A DNA stretch of 64,000 nt from Candidatus Kerfeldbacteria bacterium (GTDB lineage: Bacteria > Patescibacteriota > Patescibacteriia > UBA9570 > XYC2-FULL-38-9). The notes under the pieces were generated by a model. The model was not told the origin of the DNA. It made no database searches and saw only the letters and a list, made by a program, of their open reading frames with translations. Below are positions 1 to 10,691 of the stretch, piece after piece. The stretch lies in the NCBI GenBank assembly GCA_018500015.2, contig JAHBAR020000020.1, forward strand, positions 29,981 through 93,980, read 5' to 3'. Every line of letters begins with the position of its first letter. Within the stretch, counting starts at the first letter, position 1. Position numbers and translations under genes: made by a program.

Positions 1-1688
1 TGATCTCCATCTGCATGCGTAAACATCTCATCATGCACTGTTGGTTGAGTTGGAACGCCATGATGTACTGCAATATCATTTGTTAAAAAGCCATCTGCTG
101 AACGCAATGTAGAGCCTTGTGGAAGATAGATGCGTGTGTGAGTACGATAACGTGTGTAAAAATCATTCACCTGTTGAGTTGTATTTGTATAGGTAATTTC
201 AGCAACGCCAACATAATTATCTCCATCTTTTTTTACCGAATAGGAAATTGAGCGCTCCATTTTTTCATCAGTTTTGAGTGCTGCAAGGTTTGCATCAACC
301 ACCATTAAGTAGTCACCATCGGCTTTATGCATTTCGCCAGACCAATTATTCTGCTCAACAAGTTCTTGAATAAGCGGTTCATCGACATAAATCAAAATCT
401 GTTTTTCATCAATATTTTTTATCAACACATTCCAAATATCCACAAATCGATTACGTGGCAGCGTCAGCAGTTTATCCATAAGAATTTTGGACATGCGTCC
501 AATGATCTCTTTACGCTGCTCGTCAGAAATACCTTTATCATAGTAGGCAAACTCAACCTCGTATTGCAATTTTTGAAAAAAATTCTCTTGCGTAAACGTC
601 ACACCATCAACAGTGATTGGACCAACCAATCCAAGGAGCGATTCAATAAATGTTGGAGTTACCGCAATCACTCCATCAAGGTGTGGTTCTGCACCACCTT
701 CTTCATGATACTTTGACTCTGCCTTGCGTGCCGTGGTTGGAAAATCTGGAGACCAGTTAATATTACGCAACAGCCAATTTTGCGTCGTCGTATGCTTTGC
801 GATAGGGGCTGGTGACGGCTCTGTTATATAACTACTTGCCGGATTATCAAGATTGTAAATATTGTCGGTGTATATATTAAACTCGCCAGAATTGACTTTA
901 AAAATTCCGTATGTACCTATAAATCCACCTGTTGGACGCAACTCGCGATTGTTTTGCAGTAAGAACAAATAGGTTTTTGGTGTCGGGTATCCTAAGATTG
1001 CTGGCAATAACTCCGCTGTGGGCAAAATTCGGTTCATGAGCGTATCGAGTAACGGCAACTGATCCTTTACTGTATCGACAGCCTCTTTTACAGGACCTAA
1101 AAGGCCTGTACTTGGAATAGTGTTCAAAGATTCAACAGCAAGACCGATTTCAGAACGCACTCCATGCAAATCAACCGTAGAATCGGCAAGCACCTGAAGC
1201 ATTGAACGCTTATCTTCAGCGGTCAAATCAGCAAATGAAGCTTCGTCCTTTTGTTTTTGCAACACAGCAAACATATCGCCACCCAAACGCGCGAGTGTTT
1301 TCATTCCTGTAGAAATATTTATCCCAGCGTTGAGCAAGTTATCTATTGCGGTCACTTGTTCAGCAAGTCCGGGGATCCATTTATACACTGTGAAACGCCC
1401 CAACGCCTCTTGTGCGCTCAGAAAATGATTTTTTGCTGCCTCAAGATCGGTTTGCGCAAGATCAAAATTTTGATGAGACAATGCGGTTTGCGCGTACTCT
1501 AAACTCTGCTTTGCGCTCATCGCCTCTGAATACACATCTTTGAGCTTATTATAATTTGCGGCGGTGTAGAGCGCGATGAGAATGGCTAGTGTAGCAACAG
1601 CAAGACACAGACTCATAAGAATCGTAACCCAGATGCGTCGACGGCGTGTTTTTTGTTTTTGAACAATGTGTTTAAGAAAATTGAGCAT
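1..1688 (-). CDS. DUF4012-family membrane-anchored protein (C-terminus runs off the left edge)
   Basis: Absent from the ORF track because it is open to the window edge. Reverse-strand translation from ATG at 1688 gives MLNFLKHIVQKQKTRRRRIWVTILMSLCLAVATLAILIAL, one TM helix. It continues with ...NNRELRPTGGFIGTYG...LRNINWSPDFP...GVIAVTPTFIE..., motifs I recognise as DUF4012, a family typical next to glycan loci. Confidence 0.7.
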   Translation of the reverse strand, partial: MLNFLKHIVQKQKTRRRRIWVTILMSLCLAVATLAILIALYTAANYNKLKDVYSEAMSAKQSLEYAQTALSHQNFDLAQTDLEAAKNHFLSAQEALGRFTVYKWIPGLAEQVTAIDNLLNAGINISTGMKTLARLGGDMFAVLQKQKDEASFADLTAEDKRSMLQVLADSTVDLHGVRSEIGLAVESLNTIPSTGLLGPVKEAVDTVKDQLPLLDTLMNRILPTAELLPAILGYPTPKTYLFLLQNNRELRPTGGFIGTYGIFKVNSGEFNIYTDNIYNLDNPASSYITEPSPAPIAKHTTTQNWLLRNINWSPDFPTTARKAESKYHEEGGAEPHLDGVIAVTPTFIESLLGLVGPITVDGVTFTQENFFQKLQYEVEFAYYDKGISDEQRKEIIGRMSKILMDKLLTLPRNRFVDIWNVLIKNIDEKQILIYVDEPLIQELVEQNNWSGEMHKADGDYLMVVDANLAALKTDEKMERSISYSVKKDGDNYVGVAEITYTNTTQQVNDFYTRYRTHTRIYLPQGSTLRSADGFLTNDIAVHHGVPTQPTVHDEMFTHADGD

Positions 1689-1694
1689 ATGCTT

Positions 1695-2516
1695 TTAATC
1701 TGAGTGTTTTCGCACGTACGTCATCCAATCTTTTAAGTGTATGCGAGTGACTGGAGAGAGCACTTGCATGAGACTAAACTTGCTGGAAGCTGACTCTCGT
1801 TTATGATAGTGAATGATGCCGGATGTTTCTGCAAAGTACACTGTACGGTAGCCATGATCGTGCATGCGATCGCACCAGTCGTAATCCCCAAAATAGAGAA
1901 AAAAATCCTCGTCCATCATACCAACTGTTTCCATAGCTGAACGGCGAATCACAAAACAAGCGCCCAAAAGCCACTCAACATCTTTGGTTTGAGAATGATC
2001 ATCATCGAGCATCAGGTGACGTGCAATATCTTTTTTTGCAAAGAAAAATTTTCCCAAAAATGTGCGACGGAAAATTGGCGTGAAGCGAGAATACTTTCTA
2101 TAACATGACATCTGAATTGTGCCGTCGGGGTTATATAATTTTGGGCCCAAAATACCTACATCAGGATGCGCATCCATATATGCAACAATACGACGAAGAT
2201 CATCAACCTGTGTCACAACAAGATCGGGATTGATCATCACGATATATGTTCCACTTGCGAGGGCGAGACCACGATTATTGCCTGCGGGGTGACCAAGATT
2301 TTTTCCATTATACACTACGTGCGCCTGCGGATAGAGTCTGCGCATTTTGGAAGAAAAATCCTCACTTGAACGATTGTCTACAATAATAATTTCAAAAGGA
2401 ATGCCGTGCTCGGCAAGTCGCAAGCTCAACAAACGTTCAATGTTTAGCCTCAACAAATGCTCCTCTTTATAATCGAGTACGACGAATGAAAGTATCGGGG
2501 CATTTACTGAATCCAT
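1695..2516 (-). CDS. Glycosyltransferase family 2
   Basis: 273 aa. Motifs are IIIVDNRSSEDF near the N-terminus, a DxD-like MINPDLV and HYHKRES, giving a GT-A fold signature. It overlaps the next gene by 13 nt. Confidence 0.75.
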   Translation of the reverse strand: MDSVNAPILSFVVLDYKEEHLLRLNIERLLSLRLAEHGIPFEIIIVDNRSSEDFSSKMRRLYPQAHVVYNGKNLGHPAGNNRGLALASGTYIVMINPDLVVTQVDDLRRIVAYMDAHPDVGILGPKLYNPDGTIQMSCYRKYSRFTPIFRRTFLGKFFFAKKDIARHLMLDDDHSQTKDVEWLLGACFVIRRSAMETVGMMDEDFFLYFGDYDWCDRMHDHGYRTVYFAETSGIIHYHKRESASSKFSLMQVLSPVTRIHLKDWMTYVRKHSD

Positions 2517-3493
2517 GATCGTAGTTGACGTGGTGAAATGTGTGAATGAGAAAGAATTTTTTGCCGTTTATGGAGCATTGCTGGCAGCTGTTTTGCTGCA
2601 GTAGGAAGAATACGCAGCGTTGAGGGCTCGCACAGCAGGATATAACACAGACGTGCTAGCTCAAGAGGAACAATCCATAGAGCGTGCATACAGAGGGTAC
2701 TCCACGGTTCGTTTTTGATCAATACCCACCAGTGATTTTTCAGCGAATTTCCGCGAATTCTGAAAGACTTTTGACGGCGCGCCTTCATCACAGAAATCTC
2801 CCTCAACTCTTGAGCGGTGCGTTTATGAAACATCACACTGGAAGGAACCAACGCAAGGTCGTACCCCGCGTGTCGAAACCGATAAGAAATATCAACATCT
2901 TCTTTGTACGCAACAAACAATGGATCAAAAAACTCTTGGGTTACTCCGGAAACCGCCTCTAACGCACTGCGACGCATACATAGAGCAGCCCCTGTCAAAC
3001 CAAACACATATTGCGGTTTTTCAGGCAACGCCCGGTGTTCGCCTTCGGCAATATTTTTAAATATACGTGAACGTGAGATAGAAATACCAAGAGAGTCAAT
3101 AATCGGATGGCCCAGATCTGATCCAAAACGGAGCAGAGCTGGTGAGGCGGCTCCAACAGAGCGATGACTCTCCAGATAATTCACAAGTTCTTCAATAGCA
3201 CGCGGATCCATGACGAGATCTTGGTTCAGAATGCAGACATACTCCCCTGTTGTTTTTTCAATCCCGAGATTGTAGCCTTTGTCAAAATCCAAGTTTGTTG
3301 TTTGAGGAAAGATGAATAGTGGTATGCCTACTACCGCTTTGAGCATACGCAGCGTCGCATCTGTTGATGCGTTGTCAACAACAATGAGTTCGTGAATTGG
3401 ATACGTTTGTGCGCGTATTGAAGCAAGAAGCTCTTCAATAAATTCCGCACCGTTATATGTGGCAATAACAAGAGAAACCGTTGGTCGTGTCAT
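2504..3493 (-). CDS. Glycosyltransferase family 2
   Basis: I use the internal start MTRPTVSLVIATYNGAEFIEELL...LIVVDNASTDAT...ILNQDLV. ATG at 3493 forms an ATGA overlap with the stop of the upstream gene. The 42-aa extension in the ORF track overlaps that gene. Confidence 0.75.
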   Translation of the reverse strand: MTRPTVSLVIATYNGAEFIEELLASIRAQTYPIHELIVVDNASTDATLRMLKAVVGIPLFIFPQTTNLDFDKGYNLGIEKTTGEYVCILNQDLVMDPRAIEELVNYLESHRSVGAASPALLRFGSDLGHPIIDSLGISISRSRIFKNIAEGEHRALPEKPQYVFGLTGAALCMRRSALEAVSGVTQEFFDPLFVAYKEDVDISYRFRHAGYDLALVPSSVMFHKRTAQELREISVMKARRQKSFRIRGNSLKNHWWVLIKNEPWSTLCMHALWIVPLELARLCYILLCEPSTLRILPTAAKQLPAMLHKRQKILSHSHISPRQLRSWIQ

Positions 3494-4956
3494 ATATGAC
3501 GATTGAATGGGATAGAAATATAGACTAGCGCACCAAGAAGTATTCCAAGGCCAAGAGGATGATTGATATATGGCGTGAGCGCGTGCACGCTCATAACAAG
3601 CAAAATCGCGACACCACATACAAGCGCGCCAAGATCATTATGCGCATAGTACCAACGCACACAGACATACACAAGAAACAAGAGCGCAACAGTAATATAC
3701 AACACACCGACACCGCCAACTTTTAACCACAGATCCAAATACCCAAACTCAAATGCTGACGTAGTATACACTCCATCTGCATGAGATGCCATAATACGTG
3801 GATCAGCAGAGGTGTACGTCACTGTTGCTCCAAAGCCTGCACCAATCAGAGGGTGCTGTGTAATGGCCCTAAAAAGCGGGCCAAACTCTTGTAGACGCGT
3901 CATTGCTGCAGCTTCGGTGTGCACAGATGTAACGCGCTCGGAAAATAAAGAGCCCGACATCGCTGTATCACGCGGCAAAGGAATACGCACCATAACGACA
4001 ATGCAGACAATAGCAAGTGCTGTATACCAGAGTGTGAGGAGTATACGAGAAAACAAACGCCTCCATTCTGCTCTGCGTTGAATGCACAACACGATAGTAA
4101 CAACAGCAAGAACACATCCACCCATCAACCAAAATGTGCGCGAGTAGCTGAGCAGCACGGTAAAAATCATTGCGAAAAAAAGTGCGCGGTACGGTCGAAG
4201 AGATTCTTTCCGCATCAGTAAACGAATATACAAAACCCCCATAGCCACAAGTGCGTAGATGTGGCTTTGCAAAAAGACGCGCGCGAACCCTGATGGGAAA
4301 CGGAAAATTTCTGCAATGCGCGTGTCACGAAGCCAAAGGTACGCAATCGTACTCACCGGCTGCGTTGCAAGCGGGTGCGAAAAAATTATGGCAATAATCA
4401 ATGTTTTTCCAAACAACCACCACAATGCAAAAATAATTGGCTTTAACATATACCGCAAGTCTTCACGCGTACGAAGAGCTTGAGTAAGAGGAAATGCAAG
4501 ACCTAAAAACAGCCAAGCGTTCACATCAAAAAATATTCCTGAGAGTGAATAATGACGCGCTACTGCGACACAAACACCATACGCGATCACGCACAGCACT
4601 CCAACATACCAGCGAAACCATGGCATGCGGAGCAACACTATAGAGCGCGTTCGCAACGCATGAACTGCCGCCATCACAATAAGCACCAAAAATAATCCAA
4701 GCCGAATCGACGCATGAAATCCACCTACTGATACGGCAAACATATACCCTTGCGAGCTGATGATGAGTTCAACTGCTACAACAGCGACACCGACGCGCAA
4801 ATCTTTGTATGAAGCGTATGCGACTCGAAGAAGAACATATACAAAACAAAACCATGCGATCGATGGCATTTGCCACGCAAGAAAAGAGGCCACCTCAACA
4901 CTCGCCAGCATGAATCCCATACGAAAAAAAGAAAGTAATTTCTGTTTCTCCTGCAT
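3490..4956 (-). CDS. O-antigen ligase/polymerase-like (Wzy_C-type) polytopic membrane protein
   Basis: The protein has about 12 hydrophobic segments. It carries an LSYSRTFWLMGG region typical of the Wzy/O-antigen ligase family. Start taken at MQEKQK (4956), directly after the upstream stop at 4958. Confidence 0.55.
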   Translation of the reverse strand: MQEKQKLLSFFRMGFMLASVEVASFLAWQMPSIAWFCFVYVLLRVAYASYKDLRVGVAVVAVELIISSQGYMFAVSVGGFHASIRLGLFLVLIVMAAVHALRTRSIVLLRMPWFRWYVGVLCVIAYGVCVAVARHYSLSGIFFDVNAWLFLGLAFPLTQALRTREDLRYMLKPIIFALWWLFGKTLIIAIIFSHPLATQPVSTIAYLWLRDTRIAEIFRFPSGFARVFLQSHIYALVAMGVLYIRLLMRKESLRPYRALFFAMIFTVLLSYSRTFWLMGGCVLAVVTIVLCIQRRAEWRRLFSRILLTLWYTALAIVCIVVMVRIPLPRDTAMSGSLFSERVTSVHTEAAAMTRLQEFGPLFRAITQHPLIGAGFGATVTYTSADPRIMASHADGVYTTSAFEFGYLDLWLKVGGVGVLYITVALLFLVYVCVRWYYAHNDLGALVCGVAILLVMSVHALTPYINHPLGLGILLGALVYISIPFNRHI

Positions 4957-4957
4957 A

Positions 4958-5845
4958 TTACAATTGTTTATTTTTTCTTTTTCGCAGCTGAAATGCATCA
5001 TCAAGAAATTGAACAAGGCGCGCAAGTGCTAGAGCTGGGTATGTGCAAAACGCGATAATTTTTGTATCACGAATACTTTCATGTTTTTGAAAATATGTTT
5101 TTACACTCTCATTAAAGTTCCGTTGATTCTGGAGAGAGAGTTTTTTTCCAAATGTCGCTCCTTTCACATGAATCATTGAGGTAAGCGGTGCGTACATAAT
5201 TTTGAGCTTAAGCTCTTCATGAATACGCTTTTGTAAATCAACCTCTTCAAACCAGAGAAAAAAACTCTCGTCAAATCCACCCACACGCTCAAACACATCG
5301 TGCGGAATAATCATACAAGCACCCATTACTTGGTCGACTTCCTGCTCTTTAGCGTAATCAAAATTGGCAAGTAAATATCTTTGCAGCGCTTTTGCGCGCG
5401 GAAATGCGTGATGCAACTTCAGTAATGTGAGCGCTTGATCACTCACCTTGGGATATGCACGCACAGAATCTTGATGAGAGCCATCTGGAAATGTGAGATG
5501 AAAACCAAGACAGCCAATCTCTGATCGCTGCTTCATGTAGTCGTATGCAATACGCACAGAATTTTCTGTGAGCACCGTATCATCATTGAAAAAAAACAAC
5601 ATGTCGCCTTCCGCTACTTGAGCTCCACGATTATTTGCTGCACCAAAGCCAAGATTTTTTTTGTTTTCAATGAGACGCACCCACGGGAATTGAAGTTTGA
5701 GCATTGCTTGAGTGCCATCTGTGGATCCGTTATCAGAAACAATCACTTCGTATTCAATATCTGTGGTGAACGCACGTAACGCACGCACGCAATCAGCAAT
5801 GTGGTCTTTGGCGTTATGTGATACAAGAATAATTGAAGCTTGCAT
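4958..5845 (-). CDS. Glycosyltransferase family 2
   Basis: 295 aa. MQASIILVSHNAKDHI...VIVSDNGSTDGT...FFNDDTV. Confidence 0.75.
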   Translation of the reverse strand: MQASIILVSHNAKDHIADCVRALRAFTTDIEYEVIVSDNGSTDGTQAMLKLQFPWVRLIENKKNLGFGAANNRGAQVAEGDMLFFFNDDTVLTENSVRIAYDYMKQRSEIGCLGFHLTFPDGSHQDSVRAYPKVSDQALTLLKLHHAFPRAKALQRYLLANFDYAKEQEVDQVMGACMIIPHDVFERVGGFDESFFLWFEEVDLQKRIHEELKLKIMYAPLTSMIHVKGATFGKKLSLQNQRNFNESVKTYFQKHESIRDTKIIAFCTYPALALARLVQFLDDAFQLRKRKNKQL

Positions 5846-5847
5846 AG

Positions 5848-7002
5848 TTATAGAATATCAGCATTTTTCAAAATTGTGCGCACAACATCAAAACGCTTGC
5901 TCCATGCATGGTGCTGAGCCATGCTCATGCGACGCTTACGCAATGTAGAGGACTCAGTTGAAAGCGCTTGTTGAATTTCGCGCGAAAAATCTTCTGGCGA
6001 AACAGCAAAGTGGACGAGATCTTGAAACTGATCGACACCAGCAACAGGCGTTGCGACAATCGGCACACCAGCCGCGAGATATTCGTAGAGCTTTAACGGA
6101 TTCATTGAATGTGTGAACGCATCAATTTTGTGTGGAATGATTGCGCAATCAAAAGTGTGGAGCGTTTCTGGCAACTTCAAATACGGAACCGATCCAAGAA
6201 AGCGGACATTTTTTTTCTTGCATAATCGCTTCACATCATCTTTTGCATCTTTCCATACTGGTCCCACAAAATGAAAATCATACTCAGGATGTTTGTCGAT
6301 GATATAATCGAGCAAAGAAAAATTCATGCGCGATTGAATCACTCCATGGTATCCAATAACCGGTCGTTCGTGCTCACCAATGAATGACTGCAACGTACTG
6401 TCTGTCGCAGCAAAGTGTTCATAATCAACACCGTTTGGAACAAAAAATACATTGGAACGTCGTTCAAAAATATCGAGCAATCCTTCTGAAACAGTAAAAA
6501 TAATATCTGCGCGTTCAGTGATGGTGCGATATGCTTCGGCTAATCGATCTGTGTATTGCGTGTACGCTGGATGCTCCATCCAATTATCAACAGCATCAAA
6601 AATAAATGCTTTGGGTTTGAGATCAAGAATAGCCTCAGCCGAAAGTGGATCATAGCTCCACACTATGCTCTCATGTATATCAACGTTCAATGTCTTAAGT
6701 GCTCTTTGCACAGAACGCATTCCATACGCTGTAACGTATGACGTGTTTGAATTCACCGGGTCGCTATCTATACGATATGACGCACCGCGCATCTGTGTGT
6801 GCATATTTTTTCTCCATGGACGAGACGACAGTGCGACGCGCAAAACTTTTGAACGAGAGATCGGAAGTACATCAACACTGACGATACGTTCAAATACGTT
6901 AGATGTTTGCAACTGTCGCAACATATGAAAATTCCTATTTACCATCCCCTGCTTCCACAGATGGTTGTAAGTCATATTCATCATGATAAGTGTTCGCGTC
7001 AT
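5848..7002 (-). CDS. Glycosyltransferase, GT-B fold (GT4-like)
   Basis: The C-terminal motif NPLKLYEYLAAGVPIVATPVAGV is typical of the family. Start chosen at MTRTLIMMNMTY (7002), which gives an ATGA overlap with the upstream stop. Confidence 0.65.
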   Translation of the reverse strand: MTRTLIMMNMTYNHLWKQGMVNRNFHMLRQLQTSNVFERIVSVDVLPISRSKVLRVALSSRPWRKNMHTQMRGASYRIDSDPVNSNTSYVTAYGMRSVQRALKTLNVDIHESIVWSYDPLSAEAILDLKPKAFIFDAVDNWMEHPAYTQYTDRLAEAYRTITERADIIFTVSEGLLDIFERRSNVFFVPNGVDYEHFAATDSTLQSFIGEHERPVIGYHGVIQSRMNFSLLDYIIDKHPEYDFHFVGPVWKDAKDDVKRLCKKKNVRFLGSVPYLKLPETLHTFDCAIIPHKIDAFTHSMNPLKLYEYLAAGVPIVATPVAGVDQFQDLVHFAVSPEDFSREIQQALSTESSTLRKRRMSMAQHHAWSKRFDVVRTILKNADIL

Positions 7003-8099
7003 ACTCGTTCGATTACCTGTTGAAGCTGTTGCGCGCGCACGTTCCATTGAAAATCTTGCTGCACACGGATGCGTCCATATTCACCCATCATAGTGGCTTT
7101 TTCTGTGTCTGTCACGAGCACTTCCATCGCACTTCCAAGAGCTTCGGAATCTTCCGCATCAACAATGTAGCCGGTCTTTTCATGAATAACAGCATCACGC
7201 GTACCACCTGTATCGCCAGCGATCACTGGCTTGCCAAAAGCGTTTGCTTCGAGATATGTGATACCAAAACCTTCAACATCTCCGTTTGATAATGCACGCG
7301 ACGGCATCGCATACAGAGTGCAGCGCGTATACCACGTGGCGAGCTCGTGCGAAGTAAGCTTGCCTACAAAAAGAATGCGCTCACGGTAATTGCTTTTCGC
7401 AATCATCTCTTTGAGCATGTTTTCTTGCGGACCACTTCCCCCAATCACACACACTGTGTCTAGCGCTGAATCAGCAATCTGTTCAAACGCCGTGATAACA
7501 CGATAAAACCCTTTGCGCTCGACGAGTCTTCCTGCTGCAAAAATAACTTTTTTGTTAGCGAGGTAATACCGTTCATTTAAAATAGAAAGATCTTCTTGCG
7601 TGACAGACTCTTGTTCAGGAGTCAGTGCAGGACATGGAGTGATGACGGAAATCTTCTGCTCTGGTACACCAAGTGCTCGTACATACTCTTGCGTGAACAC
7701 ACTCACGGTGGTGACTGCACGTGCGTGTCGCAATATTGTGCGCATCATCAAACGATGACGCCATTTCGACTGCGGACCTGACGGCACAGTGACATCCATA
7801 GCATGAGTCATCACGATATATGGCACACCATACACAAGAAAAAAAAGGAGTGCAACTGTACCAAGTGGAATAGCTTGACCAACAAGGATACAATCAATAG
7901 GTTGCGCGTGATGCATTGTGCGCAATGAAAAAAATGCCCGCATCCACCGCGGCCAATATGTTTTTGAAAGCAATGCATCGGCACTATTATCAAGAACTGT
8001 TATGGTGCCTTGCGAAGCGTCCACAATATTCTTGTAGTAGTTTCCTACTCCGCCAATCATCGGCGGGTACTCAAGCGTAATGAGGACTGCTCTTTTCAT
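6999..8099 (-). CDS. Glycosyltransferase family 4 (group 1)
   Basis: 366 aa. N-terminal LEYPPMIGGVGNYY and C-terminal EGFGITYLEANAFGKPVIAGDTGG. Confidence 0.8.
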   Translation of the reverse strand: MKRAVLITLEYPPMIGGVGNYYKNIVDASQGTITVLDNSADALLSKTYWPRWMRAFFSLRTMHHAQPIDCILVGQAIPLGTVALLFFLVYGVPYIVMTHAMDVTVPSGPQSKWRHRLMMRTILRHARAVTTVSVFTQEYVRALGVPEQKISVITPCPALTPEQESVTQEDLSILNERYYLANKKVIFAAGRLVERKGFYRVITAFEQIADSALDTVCVIGGSGPQENMLKEMIAKSNYRERILFVGKLTSHELATWYTRCTLYAMPSRALSNGDVEGFGITYLEANAFGKPVIAGDTGGTRDAVIHEKTGYIVDAEDSEALGSAMEVLVTDTEKATMMGEYGRIRVQQDFQWNVRAQQLQQVIERV

Positions 8100-8108
8100 A
8101 TACGTGAA

Positions 8109-9560
8109 CTACATTTTGCGAGAAAGAATTGCGCGAATGTCAGAGAGAGCGATGCCGCGCAACAAAAACACAAGCGCACCGTACACCACCGCGGAAATTC
8201 CAATAAGAGAAAGAAGATTATACGAGTGTTGAATAGCAAACAAAATACCAGCCATGATCGCGCCGGACAATAAAAAGATCGCGGCTTTTTTGAGCACGAT
8301 GCCATATGCAAACGGCGCGATACGGTATGCTGTTGGAAAACCAATAATAACAAGCACGATGCTTGAGGTAAGGAACGCATACGCAGCACCCATGTAACTG
8401 AAATATGGAATCAACACAAAATTCAACACGACATTTATCATAAGAGCAATGATCATGTTGCGGGTATTTGTGCGCTGTAATCCGGCAGCATTCAACAGAT
8501 TGCCGATTGGATAATTCAAAAATACAAACGGCAAAGCGTACATGAGCACACGTAATGGCTGTGCGGCTGTTCCCCACACTGTGTCCCACACAGCAAGAAT
8601 AATATCTTCACCAAGCACGAGTACACCAAATGAAATTGGGATGCTCAGCAACAACATATACACCAATGCGTTGCTGAAAGTTTTTCCAGCCGCCTGCGTG
8701 TTGTGCTTAAGATACTCACTCATCACCGGGTAGTAGCTTGTGGCAAATGAGCCCGGGATAACAGTGAGCGCAAACACAGATTTATAAGCGATGGCATACC
8801 ACGCGGCGTGAGTGTTGCTTACCGTGACCTTAAGCAATTGCTGATCCACCGATCCGTACAAACGGTTGCACAGATTTGCAACAGCAAATGGCCACGAGAT
8901 TAAAAAAATGGTTTGTGCATCTTTTTTGTTGAATCGAATACGAAAACGAATGCGTGCTTTTTTGAACACAAGCGTAAGCATGCCGATTGATTGCAGCAAA
9001 GAGCCGACGCTGAGCGCTCCAATCAACAACGGAAGCGGTGCGTCTATCTTCAAAAGAATAACTCCTGAAACAACGACAGCAATTTGATATACGAATGTCG
9101 AAATCGCTTCGTACAATAGTTGCTTTTTTGCTCGAAACACTGACCAACAGAGTGATGTAACGGTATCAATGGTCATCGCAATTGACGCAACAGCGACAAG
9201 CAGCACATCTTCGGCAGTCACGTTTTGAAAAATAATATTTGCGCCAAGGATTGTGCCAAACATGACAATCCACGCAACCATCATGAGCATGATTTTCAAA
9301 CCAATGACACGATCAACATGTTCTTGCAAATGATCAGGGTCTTTTGCGCCTTCACGTGTGAGCACCTGACCAATACCAAAATCCATGAACAACGAAAACA
9401 CTGACGTGAACGTCAGTGCATAGGCGTACTTACCAGTGTTTTCGGTTCCCAAACTGTTGGACAGGTAGGCAAAATACCACAGAGAAATGACCTTTTGCAT
9501 CAACGATGCAACAGTCAGATATGTCGTGTTTCTCGCCAAACGAGATTCCGACATAACCAC
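8109..9560 (-). CDS. Oligosaccharide/polysaccharide flippase (Wzx, MOP superfamily)
   Basis: 483 aa with about 12-14 TM segments. The N-terminus LARNTTYLTVASLMQKVISLWYFAYLSNSLGTENTGKYA is typical of the Polysacc_synt family. Confidence 0.7.
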   Translation of the reverse strand: MVMSESRLARNTTYLTVASLMQKVISLWYFAYLSNSLGTENTGKYAYALTFTSVFSLFMDFGIGQVLTREGAKDPDHLQEHVDRVIGLKIMLMMVAWIVMFGTILGANIIFQNVTAEDVLLVAVASIAMTIDTVTSLCWSVFRAKKQLLYEAISTFVYQIAVVVSGVILLKIDAPLPLLIGALSVGSLLQSIGMLTLVFKKARIRFRIRFNKKDAQTIFLISWPFAVANLCNRLYGSVDQQLLKVTVSNTHAAWYAIAYKSVFALTVIPGSFATSYYPVMSEYLKHNTQAAGKTFSNALVYMLLLSIPISFGVLVLGEDIILAVWDTVWGTAAQPLRVLMYALPFVFLNYPIGNLLNAAGLQRTNTRNMIIALMINVVLNFVLIPYFSYMGAAYAFLTSSIVLVIIGFPTAYRIAPFAYGIVLKKAAIFLLSGAIMAGILFAIQHSYNLLSLIGISAVVYGALVFLLRGIALSDIRAILSRKM

Positions 9561-9564
9561 TCTG

Positions 9565-9972
9565 TTAACGTTTTGACCACTGTGGGGATCTGCGAGCGCG
9601 GCGTAAACCCGGTTTCTTGCGTTCCTTCATGCGATCATCACGACGAAGCATGCCTCGGCTCTTGAGTAATGTGCGCCATTCAGCGTTCATAGCAACAAGG
9701 ATACGAGAGATGCCGTGACGAACGGCTTCAGCTTGACCAGCTGTGCCGCCGCCTGACACTTTTGCTTCAAAATGACCGTTGAGAGGAGCTGCAACGAGGC
9801 GGATTGGAGAGATAATCATCTCAACATGCGTTTTTTGAAAACGCTCTGCAGCCGGTTTGCCGTTGACAATCACCTCTTCTGCTTTTCCACCTTCAACAAA
9901 ACGAACGCGTGCAGAAGCTGTTTTACGACGACCGATAGCTGTGTTCGGATTTTTTTTCTTGGATTGCGTCAT
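9565..9972 (-). CDS. rpsI: 30S ribosomal protein S9
   Basis: GGGTAGQAEAVRHGISRIL...RRDDRMKERKKPGLRRARRSPQWSKR. Confidence 0.95.
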   Translation of the reverse strand: MTQSKKKNPNTAIGRRKTASARVRFVEGGKAEEVIVNGKPAAERFQKTHVEMIISPIRLVAAPLNGHFEAKVSGGGTAGQAEAVRHGISRILVAMNAEWRTLLKSRGMLRRDDRMKERKKPGLRRARRSPQWSKR

Positions 9973-9973
9973 G

Positions 9974-10321
9974 TTATTGGATGGTTAAACGTTTCATCAT
10001 CTCTTTGCGCAACTTTGTGTCTGGAAGCATGCCTTTGACGGTCATTTGCAGCAGACGAGATGGATTGTTGCTTTTGAGATCTTTGAGTAACACAGTTTTC
10101 AAACCACCAGGGTGTTGTGTGTGTCTATAATACAATTTCTGTGTTGCCTTTTTACCAGTCACCTTTACCGCTTTCGCGTTTGTCACAACAACAGCATCGC
10201 CGCAATCAAGGTGTGGTTGGTATTCAGGTTTATTTTTGCCGCGGAGAATGAGTGCAATCTCTGAAGCGAGACGACCCAAAGGTTTACCCGCAGCATCAAT
10301 AGTATGTGTAGTTCTTTTCAT
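9974..10321 (-). CDS. rplM: 50S ribosomal protein L13 (short, 115 aa)
   Basis: IDAAGKPLGRLASEIALILRGKNKPEYQPHLDCGDAVVVTNA. It sits immediately upstream of rpsI. Confidence 0.9.
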   Translation of the reverse strand: MKRTTHTIDAAGKPLGRLASEIALILRGKNKPEYQPHLDCGDAVVVTNAKAVKVTGKKATQKLYYRHTQHPGGLKTVLLKDLKSNNPSRLLQMTVKGMLPDTKLRKEMMKRLTIQ

Positions 10322-10331
10322 AGAGGTACAA

Positions 10332-10685
10332 TTATGAGACGAATTCGAGAACTACTTGTTCTGCTGCGTCTCCTTGGCGGCTCGCTATTTTTGTTATGCG
10401 TGTATAACCTCCTTTGCGATCTGCAAAACGGGGGCCAAGCACTTCAACAAGTTTGCGAGCAGCGGTTTTGTTACCAAGACGTTGTTCGAGTAAGCGCATC
10501 GTGTGCACGCTCTTTGTCTTTCCTTTCGTAACGAGAGGTTCAACAAATTGACGCACTGCTTTTGCTTTAATCGCGGTGGTCACAATACGCTCGTGAGTGA
10601 TCAAAGAAATAGCGAGTGTCTTAAAGAGCGCTTTGCGTGGTGCGGCTTTCCGATCGAGTGTAAATGTTCTTTTCTGATGTCGCAT
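10332..10685 (-). CDS. rplQ: 50S ribosomal protein L17
   Basis: MRHQKRTFTLDRKAAPRKALFKTLAISLITHERIVTTAIKAKAVR. It follows rpoA. Confidence 0.95.
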   Translation of the reverse strand: MRHQKRTFTLDRKAAPRKALFKTLAISLITHERIVTTAIKAKAVRQFVEPLVTKGKTKSVHTMRLLEQRLGNKTAARKLVEVLGPRFADRKGGYTRITKIASRQGDAAEQVVLEFVS

Positions 10686-10691
10686 ACACGT

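Noticed and set aside
327-1502. Plus-strand ORFs 327-716 and 1251-1502
   Set aside because: They lie antisense to the long open minus-strand frame of the DUF4012 gene. Their translations are low-complexity or unrecognisable shadow ORFs.
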